DNA from: Nemertoderma westbladi
Lineage: Eukaryota; Animalia; Xenacoelomorpha
DNA length: 64,000 nt
Direction of reading: 5' to 3'
Assembly (NCBI GenBank): GCA_032718475.1
Contig: JAUCBJ010008580.1
Span: forward strand, 1-64,000
A program made the position numbers and the translations under genes. The notes below the pieces were generated by a model, which was not told the origin of the DNA, did not search any database, and worked only from the letters and a program-made list of their open reading frames with translations. Positions 48,945-59,700 of this stretch are shown one piece after another (positions within the stretch are counted from its first letter, which is position 1; every line of letters begins with the position of its first letter).

Positions 48945-50393
48945 CCCTATTACCACTGGGGTGTTTTGACCATTAGCACCACTGGGGGGGGGGGGGGGGG
49001 GGGGGGGCGATTCGGCCCACCCACTATATTTTTGTAGTCGTCTGATGAAATCCTACAAAAATTGGGCTGTTGGTGAAACAACTATAGATGAACACTACCA
49101 AATCTTAAAAAGTTAAAATTTCATAAGCAGGGTCTCATAATTTTGATGAAAAATAAAAGTAGTCCCAGGACAAAATTACAAAATTTTTCGTTTTATAAAA
49201 ACTAATAGTGTGGCAGTGTTGGCTAGATTTAGTAGGTTTTTCAAGACGCTGAATCGAATGTGATTATATTCCACTTCCAAAAATTGAAGTGGATGCTATT
49301 TTTCGTGCACCTAAGAAGTGGGCGTGGCACTTCAAATTTTGAAAAATTAGATATTCAGAAAATGCCCCTAATTTGTTTATTTCAACGCATCTTTATGGGT
49401 TTTCTGGCCGCTGAATCGATTGAAAGTAATATAGAAGCCTGAAGACTGAGTGGTTCGCCATTTTTGGTGCACCAAAATTAGGGCGTGGCACTTCAAATTT
49501 TGAAAAATACGAGATTCGGAAAATAAACCAAAATTGAAATTTTAACGAATTTATATAGGTTTTCCAGACCGCTGAATCGATTGAAAGTAATATAGAAGCC
49601 TGAAGACTTAGAAGTTAGCCATTTTTTGAAATCAAAACTTTAGTGTTTTTTCCGAATAAAGAAATTTTGAAAATTTGAAGTGCCACGCCCTAATTTTGGT
49701 GCACCGAAAATTACGTACACAAAGGACTTGAGGCTTGCTTGGGGTTCTATATTACTTTCAATCGATTCAGCGCTCCAGAACACCTAGAAAATTAATTTGA
49801 AATCAAAACTTTAGTGAATTTTCCGAATCTCGCATTTTTCAAAATTTGAAGTGCCACGCCCTAATTTTGGTGCACCAAAAATGGCGAACCACTAAGTCTT
49901 CAGGCTTCTATATTACTTTCAATCGATTCAGCGCTCCAGAAAACCTATAAAAATGCTTTTCAAATCAAAACTTTAGTGTATTTTCCGAATCTCGTATTTT
50001 TCAAATTTTGAAGTGCCACGCCCTAATTTTGGTGCTCCAAAAATGACGTACCACCTCACTTACATACGTGTATAGAGCATTAGAGTAATCCAAACCAATA
50101 AAAATAAATAAACATAGCCCAAACATAAATAATTACTAAATCACGAATGACTTTGTAAAATTCGAAAATTTCAAAAAATTTGGTGCTGGAGACCAAATTT
50201 TGAGGTGGCACCCACATCGAAAAGTAGAAATCCAATTGCAACGGCGTTTTTTGCAAAAGATGCGGCATTAAATTTGGCTAATTCTCACAAAAAATTGGGC
50301 CGGTACGTAATGTGGTTGCATAGTTACAGCAACTAAAACCTAGGAAGGGGCCGATACGCCCCCCCCCCCCCCCCCCCCCCAGTGGTAATAGGG
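48945..50393. mobile_element. Non-autonomous piggyBac-like element with internal fold-back repeats
   Basis: TTAA TSD (48941-48944, 50394-50397); 17-bp TIR CCCTATTACCACTGGGG; ~160-170-bp units at 49250-49620 inverted relative to 49630-50050. Confidence 0.88.
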
Positions 50394-50674
50394 TTAAAGG
50401 CCACCAATTATTCTACAAATCTTAACGCCTAAGAATATTTATTTTCACTTTCAAACCTTTTTAACTACAAGCGTTTGAAAAGTGTTTTATTGAGTCTATT
50501 TAATTACTATCTATTAGGGAGAAGGGGGGGGGGGGGGGGACTGGACGCAAAACCCCTTCTTGGCGAATTAATATCCCGCCTTGATGAATTATTTCACTAT
50601 AAGGTAGCATTTGTAGTTTAACTTTAACGTAAAAACTTTTGAAAATCCGACGTATTTTGATTAAGTTACAGTAA

Positions 50675-51239
50675 TGTAATATGCCTATTTATATTTGTAC
50701 ACATAAAACCCTTAGGTACTCTCGTGGCGTAGTGGTCAGATGGTTAAGGCGTTGGTTACATTACGTAGGTTATGAGTTCGAATCCCAGTCGGGAAATTTG
50801 TATTTTGGGGCAATTTATTTTCGTGTGGTGCTAATTGATAGGCCAATGAGAAGCGTACAGCGTAGCGAATAATGAGCCAGGCCAATCATAGGGCATAAAT
50901 TACCTTATTGCTCAAATGTGAGGCAGTGGAAAATTCTGTTAGGATTCCATGTCCCAGATTAGTGTAAGGGCTGGACTGCGTTGAACGATGAGCTGGGCCA
51001 ATCATAGGGCACGACGCACTTCATTGCTCAATTGTGAAGCTGTGGAAATTTCTGTTTAGTTTCCATGTGCAATTTCTAGTATATAAGGCCGGTTTGCCTT
51101 CGGTTATGACTTCTACCCCCTTCGCTTCCAACGTTACTCTATCAGTTTACTTTTGTAAAATTAGTTAATTCGGTTTCTTGTTGAAACTTGTTTGATAAAT
51201 CCTTTGTTAAAACTGTAAATATACTGCAATTTCCTGACA
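50675..51239 (+). repeat. Putative 5' LTR of BEL-2
   Basis: TGTAAT...CTGACA ends, CCAAT x3, TATATAAG near 51080, duplicated ~90-bp block (50873 and 50989), PBS-like TGGTCC at 51250. The partner LTR is outside the window, so the boundaries are unconfirmed. Confidence 0.55.
50719..50794 (+). pseudogene. tRNA-derived sequence
   Basis: A box TGGCGTAGTGG (50725) and B box GAGTTCGAATCCC (50774); no clean cloverleaf. Confidence 0.55.
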
Positions 51240-53760
51240 TGTTTTCCTTTGGTCCGACTTCGGGACAGCCGAACACCAGGGAGATGGCAGCCTAGACCGT
51301 TAGGCCATAAGCAACGCAGGGAAGGGATGTCCACAACACGCTAGCGCCCACATTGGATCGACCGCGCACCCCCTTTGCCCCCCTTCGAAATGCTCAACTT
51401 GCCATGCAGCGCCCGCTTTGTGAGAAAGGTAAGACTTTGTTCGACGCCCTTGCCCGCCGTAAGACCTATAGATCAGGGTAAGCGTGACACCGCACTGGAC
51501 GCCGCAAATTTAGGATCAAATAATTATATCCAGACACCCCCCCCCCTTCTTGTCAGTCCTACGAACCCCTGGGTTAACCTGTACTTCCTACAGGTGCGAA
51601 CTATTGCCATTCGTCAGTACGCGAGTACACATTAGGCACGGACAGCATATGTTCCATAATTTAGTGAGTCGTAGCACTGACTGTTTGGTACCGGTTCGCT
51701 TTGTAGAACGTACATTAGTACCCCCCCCCCCCCCTTGTCTGGAGTTAGCTATTTGATCAGGCAAGGAGTATTTCTGCTACCGGCACACTGCTTGGCCTAG
51801 GGAGGTTTATTAATATCCTACCGCGCCTTGCCACGTACTGATAGGTATTGCTGCTAACTACCGCAGCAACAAAGTTCTAGAATTAAATTAGTATACCAGA
51901 TCAGCTAACGTACGGTAGCGATTAACCCCTATTCTTATCTTACAACCAGAATCTGGTATTAGTGCCGATCACGGGTGTAGTTACTAACACTGTGGTTGCC
52001 CATTGGGTTGTGGATAGGAAGGAGAGAGCTTTGACGTCATTCGTGAGTATAAAGTTCTACAAACGCGACTAGTTTATTTTAGTAGCTAGCGCACGGTATC
52101 ATTTTAGTCAGAAAATCACTAAAACCTAGTAAAAGGAATTACCCGAAATTGTTTTATTTGTAACACACCCACACACACACGCCCTAAAACATATCGCCCT
52201 TAAAGTTCTACTAGCTATAGCGTACTATACATTACGTTAGGTGGAAATTATTTGTATTTGTACAATTAGGATCTGATTTGATTGCGGCAAGATAAGGAGT
52301 ATTTCACTTTCGTTATTAAACTGTTGTTTGTCTGGACAACGGTATTGTTACATTTAGGCCTGACCCTTTAGACTGATTTCGTACAGGGGGATCAGTTATT
52401 GTTACATTTAGGTACGACCCCTTTTCGACTGATTTAGGACTGTCAGTGTTGTTACGCTAGGTCTGTTAACCCACTAGCTCGTATATAACCCATATAAATC
52501 ACACCGCGGCAAGTTACTGTATTTAGGACTGTCAGTGATAGTTAGGATTCGCTGCGTGGGGATTGTTTTCCCGTGAGTTTGGTCTGTTACGGTAACTGTA
52601 CATCTGCCTCACCGGTTAGAGGACAGGTATCCTTCTGTCTAGTACGTAGGCATTAGACCCGCTCACGTACATAGAATAGATACAAGGCTCTGTTCCTCGC
52701 CAGTAGTCGTTTGTGTACTATATCTGTTTGTTTAGATATCCTGGACTGGGATTTGTTTTCAGATACTGTACAAGCCCGTATACATTACTAGAGTCTCATA
52801 GTAAGATACATCGTTACTAGGATCTGGTAAGCGGTATACTACTGGACCCTTACAGTAGGAAGTACTATATAAATTAGTTTATAGTATTATTTCGATTGTT
52901 AGCTATTGAAAGTAGGAGATATTAAAATTTAAGGTTAGTAAATTTAGTAATTTAGAACGTCCCCTGCTTCAGTAGGCTTTTAGGGTAGCTAGTACTTTCG
53001 TATTTAATCTTTGACTAGCTAACAGTTAGTTTGTAGCACTTTGTTTTACGCCGTGTGTGTGCGGTGTTACTTTTCGGTACTTGAAAAGGTACATAGGGTT
53101 TAAAGACCAATTTGTATCGGTACCTAGGAAGATTTTTCGTAAGCGTAGAAGTAAAACTCTCACCTTCGACCTTTTCAGGACTCAAGGACTCATTTCTGGA
53201 CCGCTTCGAGGATTAGACCGCTTTTCGCAAAGTTTGGGAGACAATAAATTCGTCCGCGCCGCCGAAAAACGGAAAGACCCACGTCCGGTTTGTATTTGGG
53301 AATTTGTACGACTGGAAGATCAAAGGAACGTAAGTTTTACGACTCGCGTCGTTTAAACTTAAGAAAGCACAGTAGTACTCAAAATTTGTGGGTTTCACTG
53401 TCTATTAGTAGTGTTGTTGGTACATATTTTCCCTTTAGACGTTGCTGTTTGGCCTATTGTTTTACTTGTTGATCTACATTTTGTTAACGTATATCGTTAT
53501 CTCACTTATTCGTACAAATTTAGCCGGTAGGCTAGATTACTACTTATTTTATTATATACCTTGTTAGTTTATTTGTACCGGTTAGGGTATATATATGATA
53601 TATATATATATCAAGGTAAGTTTGACATTTGTGCATTTCGACATTTTGACATTTCGACATTCTGACTTGTTGATTTATTTGTACCGGTTAGGTAAGTTTG
53701 ACACTTCAACATTCAGACACTTGACATTTTATTACCCGTACTTGACGTATATAATAAGAC

Positions 53761-56700
53761 ATGAGTGACACACCCCATTCGACGAGATACCCACCTACCG
53801 ACTATGACTCGTGCGACCCGGACAGATCGACAGTAGACGAACCTAGAAGGAGAACCCGAGATTCCACCGATGTCACACCGCTTGCGTCGCCGGTACCCCA
53901 AACGGAAATACCGGAAGCCGCAACGCGTGGCGACGGCAGAATCGAAGATTTCCTTACCGTCCCGCAGACTAGATCGCGGGAACCGGACATGGTAAGTTCG
54001 ACTGGGAGCCAGGAGAACGTTATTAGAAGTATAGGAGGACACATGGCCCAGATTACTCGGAACCTCGGAGAAGGTTTTCGCGTTTTACGCGAGTTAACCG
54101 CCCCGATGTCGAGATACGAGTTCTACACCTTACAGGTAAGGATAGAAAGTAGGGTACATGCCTCCGTAGATAAACTTAAAGGTTTGCACGAACTTGCAGA
54201 GTTGCGTGGCGACAACTTTACTCAGGTAAAGATAGTGGATAAATTGGTAAGTGCGAGAGAAAGCATTATCCAGTTTAAGTCGGTAATAAGCTTGGCTCAA
54301 CAGGAGCAGTTCGACCAACTGCTAGGTGAGTCAGTTTCGGACGCGTTGTTACAACCCGAAGAGGAAGAAGAACTCTACTGCCTGGACGGAAGGTTGGAAA
54401 CGCTGACCAATTTTCTTCGTAGATGCGGCGTACCGATCGACGAACCGGAAGTCGAACCGCGAGGGACGACGGAAGTTCTCACTACGGAAGGCTCGCGAGC
54501 CTACCAACATCCACCACTGGATAGATCGTTCGTTAGCGTACGGAGCGACGTTGGCAACGTTGGCGACGTTAGTAGAACAGCGTCTGGAATTACTCGACAA
54601 CAACAGGAGGTTGCACGCCGACAACAAGTCGCCGAGGAAGAAGCGCGACACCAGATGGCACAGATCGCCATCGAAGGAGAGAAACAACGTAGAGAAGACG
54701 AGGCAAAAATTGCACAACTCAAGGCGCAAGCTGAATTCGAAGCATCAGAAATGCGCAGATTGGAGGAAGACTTAGCGCGAGAAGCGGCCGCGGCGGCAGC
54801 AGCGGACGAGTTAGCACGGAAGAAAGCAGCATCAGACGCTCGTGCCAAGTTGGAGGCGCGGCAAATAAACGCTCGATTAGCTATACAGGAAGCGGAATTA
54901 GCGGCACAACAACAGGACGCAGATCGACGCGAAAGGGAGATGCAACTACAGTTCGAATTGAATCGTAGATCGCGCGAGACAGCGAACGCGCAAGCGGACC
55001 TCGAACTCGACGCGAGAGATAGATCTATGAGATCGCGGACTGGACACGACTTGTCTGCCCTGGATCGTATGGAAGCTCGATATCGCGGAATACAGAAGCG
55101 GATCGAGGAAGGAAGCGTGGGAGCGATAGATCGAGGAGAGGAGTTCGTCGAGGATTACTGTAAACGTTTTCCCCAAGTTATTCCTATGCTCAAACCCACG
55201 ACTCCGATAAAACCGGTCTTCGTTACGAAACCTAAGGAAATAACGCCAGTGCGTTCGACGCAAGGCAACAGGTTTGTTGTGACGGAAATACCGCAACCTA
55301 GGGCGACTTCATCGCCAATTTTAGCAGGTAACGTTACTAGTCCACCTACAGTAAGTCGTAGTCTACTTGTAGGAAGAGAGGAACCTGCGTTTATGACCAT
55401 TAAACAGGTGAGTAAACCATTACAAGTTAAACCTGTGACGTGCTGTGCAAATCCAGTTATTTACAGACCGACTACGAAACCCGACTATTTCACTCGACCG
55501 TTGACACAATGTTCGACGCAACCTACGACTTCGTGGAAGGCTTGCGAGCCTACCGAACTACGAAGGAGGATGGATGTGGGTAGTACTCACGGGATCGGAC
55601 AACGTATAGCGAGACCTACGACTTCGTGGAAGGCTTGCGAGCCTACCGAACGACGGAGAGCCGTAGATTCCGGACCACAACGGACGAGACCCAGGATAAT
55701 ACGCCGGACACGAACCCGCCAGCCACCTTATCCGGACGACAGCGATTCATCTAGTGACTCGGAGTCGACGGAACGGGAAATATTCCGTACTGGAGCGGCG
55801 GAAGATTGTAAACGGGAGGAACGATCGACGAATCCATACATCGACAATCCTCCACGAGAAACACCCCAACAGAAACCCACGTTGAAACCAGCGGAAACGA
55901 TCAGCGCTAAACAGTTCACCGAGATGACGGACAGAATAGCTCAACTCGAAGAACGACTCGAAGCGCAACCGTCGGATCGATCACGGACCAGCGTGGAATT
56001 GGAACAACCTAGACAACATCGACCACCGAGGAGAGAACAGGAGACTAGACGGACTCCGACACATCGAGAGGAAGATCCCGTTAATAATTCCTACCGACGA
56101 ACAACGCGCGGAAGGGAGCGACTGGACGACGCCACCGAACAAGGACGCGGACAGTTGGATTTAGTTAGCGAGATTGCGAAATTCGCGGCTAGACACGGAT
56201 TACCGGCACAGCAACCGCCGAAGTTCTCTGGCAACGCGAAACACTGGCGCACACTGGTAGACTACGTAGAGTCCCAGATCGCTAAGTGTGCTTTCACCTC
56301 GACGGAGAAGTTTAACTACTTGCTCCAAGTCCTGTCTGGTGAGCCGAAACGATTAGCGGAAACCTTTATAGGTGTTCCCGATGCCTTCGAGTTGGCGTAC
56401 GACCGTTTGTATTCGATTTACGGCGGTAATGTCGCCATGGCTAAATCCATCATAGAAGACCTCTGCAGAGGAGGCAACATTTCGAGACCGATCGATCTTT
56501 TACGACTCGCGGACGAAATAAAGAACGCTATAGGGACTTTACGGTCCATTGGGCAACTCGAGTACGCTAACGCACCGACGGTTCTCATTCGAATAATCGG
56601 TCGACTTCATCATCGACTACGACGAGAATGGCGACGCATCGAGTACCAGCGCGAAGAGGCCGGAGGGTTATTAAAACTCACCGATGTCTATCAACTTATT

Positions 56701-59700
56701 TCACGGGAGGCCGTGATCGAGACTCGATCGAACTATACCGATCACCATATCGCGGCGGAAGGGATAACTGTTTCTGCGCCGAATCGGACTAAACCATTTC
56801 CGACGAACGCGAAAGCCGTTACTTACGCCACCCCTACTGAGACTTCTAAAGTTCTGACGCCTATCGGCACCACGCAGCCACGACAACAGTTGCCGGCGGA
56901 CTTTGTGGGATGCTCATACTGCGAGCGGAACGGCAGAAACCATAGCGGACATAAACTACGTGCATGTCGCGCTTTTAAAGAGTTAGGGATCGAGGAGAGG
57001 AGACTCCAAATCCGATCTCTAGATTCCTGTTGGAGATGTATGAAGCCAGGACACGTCCGGAAGGATTGCCCGAGCGATGATACATGTTCTTTGTGTGGAC
57101 GTAACCATGACGCGTTGCTTCACACAACCAGTCATACTCCGACCCGACGCTTTCGACGAGAGCATCCAGATAAAGCGGCTAGATGCGACGCGCTTTATAA
57201 GGAGCGTGCGCCGCGCGAGATCCGTACCTTTTATACCGACTGTATGGATCAGTCAGGATCATCGGAAGAGGACGAGGAGGAAGACGACACTTTCTACGTG
57301 CATGCAGGTGAGGAACAACCATCGATAACGCTCCTCACACAGAACCAATTGAAAGGGTTTAGCGTGATTCCTATAAAGATTACCGGGACCCGAGGGAGCA
57401 AGCGTATATACGCCATCTTAGACTCTGCGTCATCGCATAGCTATGTCGACGAACAAGTAGCCGACGTAGTTACGGACTTGAGTCAAGGTAAGACTGCTCA
57501 GTATACTGTAAGCAGCATGCATGGTAAGAGAGCGATTCCTGTGACAAGAGTAAAACTAACTTTAGACACTCTTCTTTCCAAAGCGGAACACAGCAAGGAG
57601 GAGCGCTCATTACTTCCGGTAAGAAATTTGACCTTTGCAGCTACGAAGGACTTTAGTAACTTGCTCGGCCCTGTGCCAGAGCAATCTCCGGAAGATCGTA
57701 AGTATTTCCGACACCTTGGAATACCGGAATGTCCTGTCAATTATCGTTCCATTGCGATGTTAATTGGGACAGACCAGTTTAACTTACATCAGGTATGGGA
57801 GACACGCCCATCTGTTATTACAGCGGGCAACCCCTACGCATGTAGAACTCCCATAGGTTGGTATACTAGAGCACCAATACGTTCACTAGAGGTAAGTGAC
57901 CAGGAGGACGACGTTTTGAGTACGTGTAGTTTATTGACTAACACGATAGATAATTCTCCCTCACACTCCTGTGGTCCAATTGTACGGACGGCACTACGAC
58001 AGACTTGCGTCACTAACGCAGACGCCACCGATACTGACGTAACCGATCTGGACACGACCATACGGACCTCTGACTTACAACTACTTGCAGTAGACCAGGT
58101 TGTATTGACTACTGAAGACCTGAGGGTTGTTGCTGTGGATGACTCGATGAACGAGGATTTTGGAAGGCTTGCGAGCCTACCGAAAAATCCGAAGGTCATT
58201 GACCCCACCCACCAGGCTTCGACACCGGTCGTTGATCTTGGAAGGCTTGCGAGCCTACCGATAGATCAAGAAGTTGTCAAACCGCCGCACGACAATTCGA
58301 CGCCGACTAGTGACACCGGAAGGCTTGCGAGCCTACCAGACACATTGACACTAGCCACCGCAGCGGACGAAGACGTGGACGAGGACCATGGCGCAGTGCA
58401 AGCAGCGCTTGACCGACTGCTGACTGAACGGACCATACAATGGTTGGAACAGGACTCAGCAGAACCCGGTAGTTACGAGACCGCTATGTCAGAACAGGAA
58501 AAACGGTCATTAAATATTATGAGAGATACCATTCGCCAGACCGCGAATGGCCACTATGAGGTTGGTATGTTGTGGTGCAATGGACAACCTAAGCTCGTTA
58601 ACAATTACCCGCTTGCTTTGAGGCGACTCAAATCAATAAGGCAGCGATTGTTGCGAGACGAGACGGCCCATATGCAATACAATGCACAACTTCAGACGTA
58701 TCTCCAAAAGGGATACGCCATTAGGATGTTAAATCCTGAGGTAACTACAGACCAGACATATTACCTGCCACATCATTTTGTTCGACACCCGGACAAACCT
58801 GGCAAGGTGCGTGTAGTCAACGACTGCGCTGCACTTTACCAAGGGATGTCTATGAATAGCGAACTGATGGACGGGCCGAATATGAACAATTACCTCATGG
58901 GAGTCCTAATGCGTTTTAGACAACGCAAAGTGGCTTTCACCTGTGACGTAGAGGCCATGTTTCACCAGGTTAAGGCTTTGGAGCGGGACAGGGACAGTTT
59001 GAGGTTTCTTTGGTATCCGGACGGAAACTTACAACTTCCGCCAGAAACTTACCAAATGCAGGTAAGAGTATTTGGAGCCAGGGACAGCCCCAACTGCACC
59101 ATGTACGCATTGAAGCAGACAGCATTAGACAGACGAGACCAATTTGACCCAGAAGTAGTTCGGACCATGGAACGAGACTTCTACGTGGATGACGGCCTCA
59201 AGAGTTGTGACACCTTGGAGCGCGCTACAACCGTAGCACACCAACTCCAGGATTGTCTCGCTGAGGGCGGATTTCACCTGACGAAGTTCGCTTCCAACGA
59301 ACCCGAACTGGTGAACTCATTTGACCCGATGGACCGTAGCGGAGGTGACTTGGACTTAGACCTAGAACCTCTGCCGACGACCAAAGTACTAGGACTTAGT
59401 TGGGACCCTAACACCGACAATTTTAGGGTACGTGTAAGGTCCAACGACCAGACTAGACCTCTCACTAAGAGGACTTGCTTATCGACCATGAGTCGATTGT
59501 ATGACCCATTGTGTTTCATTAGTCCAGTGATCCTACATGCCAGGATCATACTCCGCAGCATTTGGCAAGCCGGACTGGAATGGGACGATCCCATCCCAGA
59601 AAAGTTAGCTGAGCGATGGAGGGACTGGGAAGCCCAACTGACGTTCCTACAAGACTATACCATACCAAGGGTATACTTTCCTTTGCAAACCACCTTTCCT

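Noticed and set aside
58162-58337. Three evenly spaced hairpin repeats (78-bp period) as a CRISPR array
   Set aside because: They lie in frame within Gag-Pol and the spacers are partly related to each other; covered by the hairpin finding.
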